From positions 260,934-324,933 of the forward strand of contig JAKACP010000001.1 in NCBI GenBank assembly GCA_021821305.1: 64,000 bases of DNA, written 5' to 3'. The notes under the pieces were generated by a model, which saw only the letters and a program-made list of their open reading frames with translations, did not search any database and had not been told where the DNA came from. This document shows positions 49,977-59,428 of the stretch, in pieces (within the stretch, counting starts at the first letter, position 1; each line of letters opens with the position of its first letter). The DNA comes from a bacterium (GTDB taxonomy: Bacteria > Patescibacteriota > Minisyncoccia > Moranbacterales > UBA1568). A program made the translations under genes and the position numbers.

Positions 49977-51380
49977 ATGAAACAAGCGGACCTCAAGGGG
50001 AAGCGGGTGACCGTCTTCGGTTTGGGATTGAACGAAGGCGGGGTCGGAACGGTGGAATTCCTCGAACGCGCGGGCGTACGCGAGATCATCGTGACCGACG
50101 TGAAGAAGCGCGACGATCTCCTGCCGTCGCTGAAAAAACTCGAACGATACAAGAATATCACCTATATCCTCGGCCAGCATCGGCCCGAGGATTTCACGCA
50201 TACCGATCTCGTCGTGAAGAACCCGGCCATTCCGTGGACGAACGAGTACGTGCGGCTCGCCGAATCCAAGGGCATTCCCGTGGAGATGGATTCGAGTCTC
50301 TTTTTCGCGTCCTGCAGGAATAAGATCTACGGGGTGACGGGAACGAAGGGGAAGACGACGGTCGCGAGCATGCTCGCTCATATCCTCGAGTCCGCCGGCC
50401 GCCCGGTGGCCCGGGTCGGTATCAGCCAGACACCGGTACTCGGGATGTTGGAAAAGGTGAAGCCCGGCGACACGGTCGTATTCGAACTTTCGAGCTGGCG
50501 CCTTTCGGCGCTCGGCCGGGCCAAACGCAGTCCCGAGCTCGCCGTGTTCACGAACCTCTATCCGGACCACCTCAACTACTATCGGACCATGGCCGGATAT
50601 CGGAAGGACAAGAAATATATCTATCAGTTCCAGAAGAAGACCGGAATTCTCGTGGCCAACGATTCGCTCGACTTCATCAGGGAAGAGCCGCCCGCGGGGA
50701 CGACGCTCTATTTCTCGGAGTCGGGTACGGTTTCGGGAAACGGCGGATTCTTCCGCGACGACGAGGCGATCGTGGTCCGAGATGGCGTCGAATCGGTCCT
50801 GTTCCGGAAATCCGAGCTCCTCATTCCCGGAGTGCACAATCAGGGAAACATGCTCGCCGCGGCGCTCGCGGCCTTCGCGGCCGGTGTCGAACCCGCGAAG
50901 ATCGCCGCCTCGGCCCGGACATTCAAAGGGGTTCCGCATCGGCTCGAATTCGTGCTCGAAAAGAAAGGAGTCTCCTTCTACAACGACACGGCGGCGACGA
51001 TTCCCGAGGCCGTGATATCGGCACTCCGGTCGTTCGATCGATCCGTCATCCTCATCGCGGGCGGTGCGGACAAGAATCTCTCGTTCGGGGATTTCGCGGA
51101 GGAGATCCTTGCCCGAACCAAAGGCGCGGTCTTTTTCAGCGGAAACGCGACGGAAGGGCTGCTGCGGGAAATCCGGAACCGTCTGCCCGCGGATGATGCG
51201 CGTCGACAGTTCGAGGTGGCGCCGAGCATGGAAAAAGCGGTGGAGCTGGCATATCGTGCCGCGGAACCCGGCGATATCGTCCTCCTTTCGCCCGGCGCGG
51301 CGAGTTTCGGCATGTTCACGAACGAGTTCGACCGCGGTGAGCGGTTCCGTACGGCGGTCGCCGCATTGCCCGGAGCGTGA
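49977..51380 (+). CDS. murD: UDP-N-acetylmuramoyl-L-alanine--D-glutamate ligase
   Basis: Mur ligase central domain GVTGTKGKTT and MurD N-terminal Rossmann-like domain. Confidence 0.9.
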   Translation: MKQADLKGKRVTVFGLGLNEGGVGTVEFLERAGVREIIVTDVKKRDDLLPSLKKLERYKNITYILGQHRPEDFTHTDLVVKNPAIPWTNEYVRLAESKGIPVEMDSSLFFASCRNKIYGVTGTKGKTTVASMLAHILESAGRPVARVGISQTPVLGMLEKVKPGDTVVFELSSWRLSALGRAKRSPELAVFTNLYPDHLNYYRTMAGYRKDKKYIYQFQKKTGILVANDSLDFIREEPPAGTTLYFSESGTVSGNGGFFRDDEAIVVRDGVESVLFRKSELLIPGVHNQGNMLAAALAAFAAGVEPAKIAASARTFKGVPHRLEFVLEKKGVSFYNDTAATIPEAVISALRSFDRSVILIAGGADKNLSFGDFAEEILARTKGAVFFSGNATEGLLREIRNRLPADDARRQFEVAPSMEKAVELAYRAAEPGDIVLLSPGAASFGMFTNEFDRGERFRTAVAALPGA

Positions 51381-51410
51381 TTTCGGGGTATACTGTCCCG
51401 ACGTAAATAT

Positions 51411-52343
51411 TTGTCCAAAAAACATATGCAGTATGACGTGATAGTCGTCGGTGGGGGACCGGCGGGAGTGTCGGCGGGAATCTACTCGTCGCGGAAACAG
51501 CTCAAGACACTCGTCATTTCCGAGAGCTTCGGCGGGCAATCGGCCGTTTCGGCCGGAGTGGAGAACTGGATCGGCGAGGTCAGCATTCCTGGCTGGGAAC
51601 TCGGACAGAAATTCGAGAAGCATCTGCGGGCGCAGGATGGGATAGAGATACGGACCGAACGCATGACCGGCATGACGGAGATATCGGGCGGATACGAAGT
51701 CGCCACCGAAACCGGGAAGTATGAGACGAAGGCGGTGATCATCGCGCTCGGCGGTCGGCATCGCCATCTCGACGTCCCCGGCGAGGAGAAATTCAAGGGT
51801 AAGGGCGTGGTATACTGCTCGACCTGCGACGCGCCGTTCTTCCGCGGGAAGACGGTGGCGGTGGTCGGCGGAGGCAATTCCGGTCTCGAGGCCGTGGAAG
51901 ACCTGCTTCCGTACGCGGACAAGATTTTCCTGCTCACGCATTCCGACGCGCTCAAGGGCGACGAGGTCACCAAGGACAAGATACTTCAGTCGGACAAGGT
52001 CGACGTCATCTACTTCGCCAAGACGATGGAGATTCTCGGTGAGGAGAAGGTCACCGGCATCCGCTACGAGGATACGGAGGCCAAGGCGACCAAGGAGCTC
52101 GCCGTCGACGGTGTCTTCGTCGAGATCGGCATGGTGCCGAATTCCGACCCGGTGAAGGACATCCTCGAGATCACGCCGTACGGGGAGGTGAAAGTCGATC
52201 CGCGCACCTTCGCGACAAGCCTGCCGGGAGTGTTCGCCGCGGGCGACATCACCGACATGCCATATCGGCAGAACAACATCTCCTCCGGCCAGGGCGTGGT
52301 CGCCGCGCTTTCGGCGTACGACTATATCCGCAAGGGCGCGTAG
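51411..52343 (+). CDS. trxB: thioredoxin-disulfide reductase
   Basis: FAD GGGPAG, redox CSTC (shown as VYCSTCDAPFF), and NADPH GGGNSG. Confidence 0.9.
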   Translation: MSKKHMQYDVIVVGGGPAGVSAGIYSSRKQLKTLVISESFGGQSAVSAGVENWIGEVSIPGWELGQKFEKHLRAQDGIEIRTERMTGMTEISGGYEVATETGKYETKAVIIALGGRHRHLDVPGEEKFKGKGVVYCSTCDAPFFRGKTVAVVGGGNSGLEAVEDLLPYADKIFLLTHSDALKGDEVTKDKILQSDKVDVIYFAKTMEILGEEKVTGIRYEDTEAKATKELAVDGVFVEIGMVPNSDPVKDILEITPYGEVKVDPRTFATSLPGVFAAGDITDMPYRQNNISSGQGVVAALSAYDYIRKGA

Positions 52344-52407
52344 CGCATCAGCACTTTTCGGATCCGTACCGGAATGGGGTGGCAGAACAACATCTCGGAG
52401 CATCGTC

Positions 52408-52436
52408 TTTACAGAGGGGGAAAAACGTGCTATAAT
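52408..52436 (+). promoter_or_regulatory. consensus-like sigma70 promoter TTTACA-N17-TATAAT
   Basis: -35 at 52408-52413 and -10 at 52431-52436. Confidence 0.6.
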
Positions 52437-52454
52437 GGCTTTGTAAGGATAAGA

Positions 52455-52496
52455 AAACGGGTGATTCCAGCGATGGAACCCCGTTTTCTTTTTTAG
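52455..52496 (+). terminator. promoter-proximal intrinsic terminator / attenuator (hairpin with GCGA loop plus U-tract) about 12-55 nt after predicted TSS
   Basis: aaaacgggtgattccag-cga-tggaaccccgttttctttttt. Lies between the promoter and the ATG at 52522. Confidence 0.55.
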
Positions 52497-52521
52497 GTGG
52501 CGAAACAAAAAAAACGACAAT

Positions 52522-53304
52522 ATGAAGCGTATCCTGAGTACCATCTTCCTCGTTCCGATATTCTTCCTGGCTTCGGCCGGTGTCGTTTCCGCGTCCGGAT
52601 CGATGTCCCCGTGGGCGGAGGACGCGGTCAAGCTCATGAACCGCGAGCGCGATGAACGCGGACTTCCGCCGTTCGTCGTGGACGAGACGCTCGCCGAGGC
52701 CGCTCAGGCGAAGCTCGCCGACATGGAGAAAAAGCGATACTTCGCGCACACGTCGCCCGAGAAACGGACGCCGTGGTCCTTCATCGAAGTCGCGGGATAT
52801 GAGTATCGGTTCGCCGGGGAGAATCTCGCGATCCATTTCAAGAATCCGGAAAGCGAACATGTCGCCTGGATGAAGAGCGAGAAACATTGTCAGAACATCC
52901 TCGACCCGCGGTTCCGCGAGGTCGGTATGGCGGTCGGCAAGGTCTTCTTCGAGGGGCGCGAGACGATGCTCGTCGTGTCCATGTTCGGTACGAAGGCCGG
53001 GGAGGCGATCGACGCTTCCGCGACCAAAGAAGCCGCGCTTGCCATGTGCCGCGGCGAGGAACCTGTCGTCTCGGGCGCCGTGTCGGACGAACCGTCGGAC
53101 AGCCCCGAAGGGCGCGTCGCTCTCTTCGTGAAGGATATTTCCCTGAAATCCGCCTCGCTGTGGAAACTCATCGTCGAAAGCCCGCACGATGTCGCACAGC
53201 TCCTGGCGACCGCGATGTTCGCCGGATCGCAGGTGTCGGCGCTCGTGCTCGTTTCCGGCGGGGTGCTTGCGCGCGAGCGGCGTGACGGCATCTTCCCGTC
53301 GTAG
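52522..53304 (+). CDS. secreted CAP/SCP/PR-1-like domain protein (YkwD-like)
   Basis: Signal peptide, an SCP-like domain (...HT.P......F...G..Y...GENLA......), and a C-terminal extension. Confidence 0.75.
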   Translation: MKRILSTIFLVPIFFLASAGVVSASGSMSPWAEDAVKLMNRERDERGLPPFVVDETLAEAAQAKLADMEKKRYFAHTSPEKRTPWSFIEVAGYEYRFAGENLAIHFKNPESEHVAWMKSEKHCQNILDPRFREVGMAVGKVFFEGRETMLVVSMFGTKAGEAIDASATKEAALAMCRGEEPVVSGAVSDEPSDSPEGRVALFVKDISLKSASLWKLIVESPHDVAQLLATAMFAGSQVSALVLVSGGVLARERRDGIFPS

Positions 53305-53467
53305 CCAACGTATTTTTTTTGGCAGGGGAGAGCGCCCGTATCCCGGGTATTCTCCTCCGCCTGAAATAATGAGGCGGTATCGTACTTTTAAAATCAAAAC
53401 AGAAACACAAACAATATAAGGAATGAATTCTCTTTCCTCCTGTCTGGAGTTTCATCCGACAGAAAAC

Positions 53468-53495
53468 ATAAAAACCCTCCAATAAGAGGGTTTTT
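53468..53495. terminator. bidirectional intrinsic terminator
   Basis: aaaaaccctccaataagagggttttt. Confidence 0.6.
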
Positions 53496-53499
53496 AATT

Positions 53500-53760
53500 T
53501 CCCACGACGCGATCACCTCCCCGAACGGTCGTCTTCTATTAGGGTGAGACGACGGTCTTCACGGACTGTACAGCCACGAACTGGCGAGATCGCGTGGTCA
53601 AGATCAAATCCGAGGGTATCGCCGGATCCACTGCGCGGGCGGTGGAGGTGGCGATAAATCCCGTGGAAGAATGAAGCACATCCGAAAGGATGCTTTGTCG
53701 ATCATGCCGTTATTCGGCGCAGGACGGATATTTGCTTGCCTATCAGGCCGATTTCGGCTA
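53500..53760 (+). other. about 260-nt noncoding region with extensive secondary structure upstream of murA (unassigned)
   Basis: cacctcc at 53519 pairs with ggaggtg at 53648. Nested hairpin cgtcgtct...agacgacg. GNRA hairpin gcatcc-gaaa-ggatgc at 53681-53700. No ORF of good quality. Confidence 0.35.
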
Positions 53761-53773
53761 GAATAGGTCCATT

Positions 53774-55036
53774 ATGGACGTATTCGAGATCGAAGGGGGA
53801 AAGCGGCTCAAAGGCACGATAGAGGTGCGCGGGTCCAAGAACGCGACGACGCCGATCCTTGCTGCGGCCCTCCTTTCCGAGACAACCAGTGTCATTTCCG
53901 GCATCCCGCTCATCGAGGACGTGTTCCGTATGCTCGAGATTCTCGAAAGCCTCGGAGCGACGGTGGAGTGGAGAGGGAAGCGGACGGTGGCGATCACGCC
54001 CGGGAAGATCGACCCTCGCCGGGTGGACGTGGAGCTGGTGAAAAAGATCCGTTCGTCGATACTTCTCCTCGGTCCGCTATCCGCGCGCTTCGATCGGTTC
54101 ACGCTCCATCAGCCGGGCGGATGCGTCATCGGTAAGCGGCCGACGGACACGCATATCGATATCCTTTCGAAACTCGGCGTCGCGATACGACGCGAAGAGA
54201 AGGGCTACCGTGTCGACGCGTCGACACGGAGGCCGGGCAGAGCCGTCTTGCGCGAGCTTTCGGTGACGGCGACGGAGAACGCGATGATGCTTGCGGCCGG
54301 CATGCCGGGTAAGACCGTCATCAAGATCGCGGCCGCCGAACCGCATGTCGAGAACCTCGGACGGTTCCTCGTAAAAATGGGAGCGAAAATCAAGGGGCTG
54401 GGGACGCACACGCTCGAGATCGAGGGGTCGAAACGGCTCCGTGGCGCCTCGCATACGGTCATCCCCGATGCCAACGAGGCGGCGACCTTCCTCATCCTCG
54501 GCGTCGCGACGGGAAGCCCGATCACGGTCAAGAACGCCCGCGAGGAGCATCTCGATCTCGTGCTCGAGAAACTGCGCGAGTTCGGTGCGGATTTCACGGT
54601 GACCAAGAATGCCATCACGGTCGTGCCGGCGAAGAAGCTCGTCGCTATCCGGGAAGTCGAGACGAGGACCTATCCCGGTATCCCGACGGATATCCAGGCG
54701 CCGCTCACGGTACTCGCGACCCAGGCGGACGGCGAGACACTCGTGTTCGATACGCTCTTCGAGGGACGGTTCAATCACGCGTACGAGCTCGAGAAGATGG
54801 GCGCCAAGGTGATCATCCTCAATCCGCACCAGGTGATGGTGCTCGGGAAGACCCCGCTTCGCGGCACGGACATCCGTAGCTATGATCTCCGCGGGGGAGC
54901 GGCGCTCATCATAGCCGCCCTCTGTGCGCGCGGGACGACGATCATCGAGGAGGCATATCAGGTGGACCGTGGGTACGAGCGGATCGAGGAGCGTCTGCAG
55001 AAACTGGGTGCGGAGATACGGAGAACGGAGAAATAA
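53774..55036 (+). CDS. murA: UDP-N-acetylglucosamine 1-carboxyvinyltransferase
   Basis: 420 aa, EPSP-synthase-like fold with the MurA catalytic loop region (K.RGS.N). In the typical position adjacent to mreB. Confidence 0.95.
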   Translation: MDVFEIEGGKRLKGTIEVRGSKNATTPILAAALLSETTSVISGIPLIEDVFRMLEILESLGATVEWRGKRTVAITPGKIDPRRVDVELVKKIRSSILLLGPLSARFDRFTLHQPGGCVIGKRPTDTHIDILSKLGVAIRREEKGYRVDASTRRPGRAVLRELSVTATENAMMLAAGMPGKTVIKIAAAEPHVENLGRFLVKMGAKIKGLGTHTLEIEGSKRLRGASHTVIPDANEAATFLILGVATGSPITVKNAREEHLDLVLEKLREFGADFTVTKNAITVVPAKKLVAIREVETRTYPGIPTDIQAPLTVLATQADGETLVFDTLFEGRFNHAYELEKMGAKVIILNPHQVMVLGKTPLRGTDIRSYDLRGGAALIIAALCARGTTIIEEAYQVDRGYERIEERLQKLGAEIRRTEK

Positions 55037-55046
55037 TATTCCTATC

Positions 55047-56060
55047 ATGAGTTTTTTCGTCAAAAAAATCGGCATCGATCTCGGGACCGCGAATACCCTC
55101 GTGTTCGTGCCGGGCAAGGGCGTCGTCGTCAACGAACCGTCGGTCGTCGCCGTCTCGGTGGCCGAAAACAAGGTGCTCGCCGTGGGCAACGAGGCCAAGG
55201 AGATGATCGGGCGGACACCGGATACGATCATCGCCTCGCAGCCGCTGCGCGACGGCGCTATCGCGGACTATCGGGTGACCGAGGCGATGCTCCGGTATTT
55301 CATACAGAAGGTGAGCGGAAAATTCCGTTTTTTCCGGCCGGAAATCGTGCTGTCCATACCGGCCGGCGTGACGTCGACCGAGCGGCGCGCCGTGATCGAC
55401 GCGGCGCTCAAGGCCGGCGCCCGGGCGGCCTATGTCGTCAAGGAGCCGATTCTCGCGGCGATCGGCGCCGGCATCCCGATCCATACCGCACAGGGGAACA
55501 TGATCATCAATATCGGTGGCGGCACCTCGGAAATCGCGGTGATCTCGCTCGGCGGCGTCGTCGCATCGGCCTCGGCACGGGTCGGCGGGAACAAGATCGA
55601 CCTCGCCATCTCCGATTACATCAAGCGGAAATACAGCCTCGCGATCGGGGAGCGGACCGCGGAAGACGTGAAGATCGGTATCGGCGCGGCGATCGCGCAG
55701 GTGAAGGAGGATCACATGGAGATACGCGGCCGGGACCTCATGGGAGGCCTGCCCAAGACGATACTCGTCTCGTCGAACGAGGTGACGGAAGCGATACAAG
55801 ACGAGCTCCGGGAAATCATCAACGTCGTGAAACAGGTGCTCCAGGAGACGCCGCCAGAACTCGCGGCGGACATCATGGACAAGGGCATGGTGCTCTCCGG
55901 TGGGACGGCACAGCTCCGTTTCCTCGACCAACTCGTCGGGAAGACGATCGGCGTGCCCTGCTACGTGGCGGATGACCCGGCTTTCTGCGTGGTGAAAGGC
56001 GCCGGCATCGTGCTCGAGAACCTCGATGCCTACAAGCGGAGCCTCATGATGGGAAAGTAG
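55047..56060 (+). CDS. mreB: rod shape-determining protein MreB
   Basis: Actin-fold phosphate-1 motif IGIDLGTANT, plus adenosine and phosphate-2 motifs. Confidence 0.95.
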   Translation: MSFFVKKIGIDLGTANTLVFVPGKGVVVNEPSVVAVSVAENKVLAVGNEAKEMIGRTPDTIIASQPLRDGAIADYRVTEAMLRYFIQKVSGKFRFFRPEIVLSIPAGVTSTERRAVIDAALKAGARAAYVVKEPILAAIGAGIPIHTAQGNMIINIGGGTSEIAVISLGGVVASASARVGGNKIDLAISDYIKRKYSLAIGERTAEDVKIGIGAAIAQVKEDHMEIRGRDLMGGLPKTILVSSNEVTEAIQDELREIINVVKQVLQETPPELAADIMDKGMVLSGGTAQLRFLDQLVGKTIGVPCYVADDPAFCVVKGAGIVLENLDAYKRSLMMGK

Positions 56061-56204
56061 TCTTTAAAACACAAAACACAGTTCACAAAATGCCAAACAA
56101 AACACAAGACACCGTTTTCAAAGGACAAACGGAAGATGGGGAGTTTGTGATTTGTGTTCTGGGCTTTGTTTGGTATTTTGTGTTTTGATCTTTTGTGCTT
56201 TGCT

Positions 56205-57296
56205 ATGGTAATTGGTATCGACGCTTCGCGCGCCTTTCTGAAACGTCGGACGGGAATCGAGGAATATTCGTATCAGGTCATCTCCGCGCTCCGGGGCCCG
56301 CTCGGCGATACGGACGTCGTCTTGTATATCCGTTCCGACCAGTCGGTGTCGTTCGATCTTCCGAAGCGCTGGCGCGTGAGGAAGCTCCGCGCTCCGCGGT
56401 TCTGGACGCAGATACGGCTCTCTTTCGAGATGCTCTTCCATCCGCCGGACGTGCTGTTCGTTCCGGCCCATACGGTGCCGCTCATCCATCCCGCCCGGAC
56501 GATCGTGACGGTGCACGGACTGGAATACGAGGTGTTTCCGAACGGCTACTCGTTGTGGGAGCGGCTTTACATGCGCTTCTCGATACGTTTTTCGACGCGT
56601 GTCGCGAAGCGGGTGATCGCGGTTTCGGAGAACACGCGGCGCGACCTCGTACATCTGTATGGTATTCCGACGGAGAAGATATCGGTGGTGTATGAGGGGA
56701 TATCGGAAAACGTCAAAAGAAACGCTCCGGATGCCGGATCGCGACCGGACGAGACGGGAGCGGGATCCAGACATCCGTACCTCCTGTTCATAGGGCGTCT
56801 GGAAGAGCGCAAGAACATCGCCCGGATCATCGAGGCGTTCGGGATGCTCAAGGAGAAATACGGTATCCCGCACGAACTGATGCTTGTCGGGAAGCCGGGA
56901 TACGGATATGAAAAAATAAGCGGCAAGATACGGGAGACAAGATACGGGATACGGGAAATGGGGTACGTAAGCGAGGAGGAGAAATTCGCGCTCCTGAAAA
57001 ACGCCGACGTCTTCCTCTTTCCGACGCTCTACGAGGGCTTCGGCCTGCCGGTACTCGAAGCGCAGACGGCCGGGGTGCCGGTCGTCACGTCGGATCGGAG
57101 CTCGCTTCCGGAAATCGGCGGGGAGGGAGCACTCTATGCGGACCCCTCGTCCACGGCGGACATCGCGGAAAAGACATGGAAACTTCTCTCGTCCAAGGAT
57201 CTGCGGGATGATATAATGGAAAAAGGACGCGGGAACGTACGCCGATTCGGTTGGGATCGGTGTGCTGATTCCATCGCCGCTCTGCTTCGAGGCTGA
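56205..57296 (+). CDS. family 4 glycosyltransferase (GT-B, retaining)
   Basis: EGFGLPVLEA (E-x7-E motif). ATG at 56205 (MVIGID...); the upstream extension is low-complexity and encoded by the TG-rich repeat. Confidence 0.85.
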   Translation: MVIGIDASRAFLKRRTGIEEYSYQVISALRGPLGDTDVVLYIRSDQSVSFDLPKRWRVRKLRAPRFWTQIRLSFEMLFHPPDVLFVPAHTVPLIHPARTIVTVHGLEYEVFPNGYSLWERLYMRFSIRFSTRVAKRVIAVSENTRRDLVHLYGIPTEKISVVYEGISENVKRNAPDAGSRPDETGAGSRHPYLLFIGRLEERKNIARIIEAFGMLKEKYGIPHELMLVGKPGYGYEKISGKIRETRYGIREMGYVSEEEKFALLKNADVFLFPTLYEGFGLPVLEAQTAGVPVVTSDRSSLPEIGGEGALYADPSSTADIAEKTWKLLSSKDLRDDIMEKGRGNVRRFGWDRCADSIAALLRG

Positions 57297-57328
57297 CCGT
57301 GTCGGTGCGCGCTCATAAAGACTGAAAT

Positions 57329-58468
57329 ATGGCCCAGGACAAGGAGATAAAAGTCGCGTTCGTTCATGACTTCCTCGTCTCATATGGCGGGGCGGAACGG
57401 GTGTTGGAAAGCCTGATCAGACTCTATCCGGAAGCGCCGATCTATACCCTACTGTACGACGCGGAGGCGATGGGCGGGCGATTCGCCGGAAAGGACATAC
57501 GGGTATCGTTTCTCGCGAAACTGCCGGCTTTTCTGCGGCGACGGCATCGCTGGCTCCTTCCGATATTTCCGGTCGCGGTCGAGGCCTTCGATCTCCGGGA
57601 TTTCGATCTGGTCATCTCCTCGTCCGGCGCATGGTCCAAAGGCGTCGTCACGAGGCTCCATACGGTGCATGTCGCCTATCTCCACTCGCCCATGAGGCTC
57701 CTGTGGGATGCGAACGAGCGATACCTCGATATGATCCGGGCCGGATGGTGTAAACGGTTCTTCGGGCGCATCGTGCTTTCCTACCTGCGCCTCTGGGACC
57801 GGGAGGCGGCCGATCGACCCGATGTGATCGTCTCGAATTCCCGCTATACCGCCCTCCGCGCGGAGAAATACTATCGCCGCGAATCGCCGGTCGTCTACCC
57901 GCCGGTCGTCGTTTCCGGAACCGAGGAAACGTCTACGGGCCGGCAGGTCGTGACGGAAAAGGAAAAATTCTTTCTCGTCGTGGCGCGTCTCTCCGAGAGC
58001 AAGGGAATCGGGACGGCGATCGAGGCATTCAACAAACTCGGACTCCGGCTCGTCGTGGTCGGGGAGGGACGGGAGCGCCGACGCCTTGAGGCCATCGCGG
58101 AGAAGAATATCTCCTTCACGGGACGGGTGGATGATACGGAACTCACCTCGCTCTATCGGCGCGCGGAGTCCCTCATCATGCCCTCGGAAGAGGACTTCGG
58201 CATGGTCGCGGCCGAGGCGATCGCGCTCGGGACGCCGGTCATCGCGCTCGGCCGAGGCGGCGCGCTCGAAATCGTGGAACCGGGGGCGACGGGGGAACTG
58301 TTCCGCTCCGAGACGCCGGAAGTGCTGGCCGATGCGGTGCGCCGATTCCTCGACCGGGGACGAAGCGCCTATGAACCGTCGTGTCGGGAGCGATCCGGAC
58401 GGTTTTCTGAGGAGCGGTTTCTCTCGGAATGGCGCTCTATCATCGAAAAAGCGATGCGGGAAAAGTGA
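57329..58468 (+). CDS. family 4 glycosyltransferase (GT-B)
   Basis: EDFGMVAAEAIALGTPVIA motif; 379 aa. Confidence 0.85.
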   Translation: MAQDKEIKVAFVHDFLVSYGGAERVLESLIRLYPEAPIYTLLYDAEAMGGRFAGKDIRVSFLAKLPAFLRRRHRWLLPIFPVAVEAFDLRDFDLVISSSGAWSKGVVTRLHTVHVAYLHSPMRLLWDANERYLDMIRAGWCKRFFGRIVLSYLRLWDREAADRPDVIVSNSRYTALRAEKYYRRESPVVYPPVVVSGTEETSTGRQVVTEKEKFFLVVARLSESKGIGTAIEAFNKLGLRLVVVGEGRERRRLEAIAEKNISFTGRVDDTELTSLYRRAESLIMPSEEDFGMVAAEAIALGTPVIALGRGGALEIVEPGATGELFRSETPEVLADAVRRFLDRGRSAYEPSCRERSGRFSEERFLSEWRSIIEKAMREK

Positions 58469-58522
58469 CTCCTCCGGATTCCTTCCATGCCTTTTCGTTC
58501 TCGTATCCGCTCATCTCTTCTT

Positions 58523-59410
58523 ATGAATATCATCGGCCACGCTCGTATACGGGACATGCTTCGCGGAATCGCTTCCCTCGAGGAACTGCCGCATCACGCG
58601 TTTTTCTTTTTCGGTCCGGACGGTGTCGGAAAGTCCCTCGTCGCGGAGGAATTCGCTTCGCATGTCCTCGGATACGGCGGAGAGGATCCCAACGGGAAAC
58701 AGGATTTCCTCCGTATCGTTCCGGAAGAGAAGAAGGACGGGAAAACGAAGAAGATTCCCGTGGAATCGATCCGTGAAGCCGGCATCTTTCTCTCGCGGTT
58801 TCCCGCGGAGGCGCGGAAACGGGTGGTTCTCATCGAGGACGCCCAGGAACTTTCGGAATCCGCCCAGAACGCGCTGCTCAAGGTGTTCGAGGAACCCAAT
58901 CCGACGTCCGTCATCATTCTCGTGGCCTCCCGGCGCGGTCGGATACGCGACACCATCTTTTCCCGGGCGTTCCGGGTCCCGTTCTCGACCGTTTCCGAGG
59001 ACGATCTCCGCTCAGGCGCCGCTCGGCTGTTTCCGAAGGCGGATGTCGAATCGCTGGAGCCGTTCTTCTTTTCCCTCGGCCGCCCGAGCCTCATCGTAGG
59101 GGCATTGTCCGATAAGGAGGCCTTCGCCGCGCGCCGAGATACGCTCCGGACGCTCTTCAAGCTCTCCTCGCTGTCCCTCTCCGAACGGCTGTCCCTCTCC
59201 GAACGGCTGTCCGGATCGCTTCCGGAAGCGATCCGGCTTCTCGAGTGGTGGCTGGTCGGTCTTCGCTCGATGAAGACGGACGAACGGAATCCGAAAAGAG
59301 TCGCCTCGCTCTACCGCTTCTTCGACGATCTCGAGGAAGGCATACGGACCCTCCGCGATACGAACGCGAACGCCCGGCTCGTCATCGATCGTATTTTTCT
59401 CAAGGTATGA
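58523..59410 (+). CDS. holB: DNA polymerase III subunit delta' (AAA+ clamp-loader subunit)
   Basis: Walker A-like GPDGVGKS and RFC-box/sensor motifs (SRAF). Contains an in-frame 18-bp tandem duplication (SLSERL x2). Confidence 0.7.
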   Translation: MNIIGHARIRDMLRGIASLEELPHHAFFFFGPDGVGKSLVAEEFASHVLGYGGEDPNGKQDFLRIVPEEKKDGKTKKIPVESIREAGIFLSRFPAEARKRVVLIEDAQELSESAQNALLKVFEEPNPTSVIILVASRRGRIRDTIFSRAFRVPFSTVSEDDLRSGAARLFPKADVESLEPFFFSLGRPSLIVGALSDKEAFAARRDTLRTLFKLSSLSLSERLSLSERLSGSLPEAIRLLEWWLVGLRSMKTDERNPKRVASLYRFFDDLEEGIRTLRDTNANARLVIDRIFLKV

Positions 59411-59426
59411 GAATTTAGACAGTTAC
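59409..59426 (+). repeat. solo MITE-end-like motif gagaatttagacagttac overlapping holB stop, 2 nt before ftsQ-like ATG
   Basis: Exact 18-mer shared with the copy 2 terminal repeat at 46364-46381. Confidence 0.5.
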
Positions 59427-59428
59427 TG

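Noticed and set aside
53500-53760. RNase P RNA, SRP RNA or 6S RNA in the murA upstream region
   Set aside because: None of the conserved cores (GGAAAGUCCGG / AGGGUGAAA / ACAGAACCCGGCUUA for RNase P; the GGAAG-CAGCC domain IV for SRP) are present. Left as an unassigned structured region.
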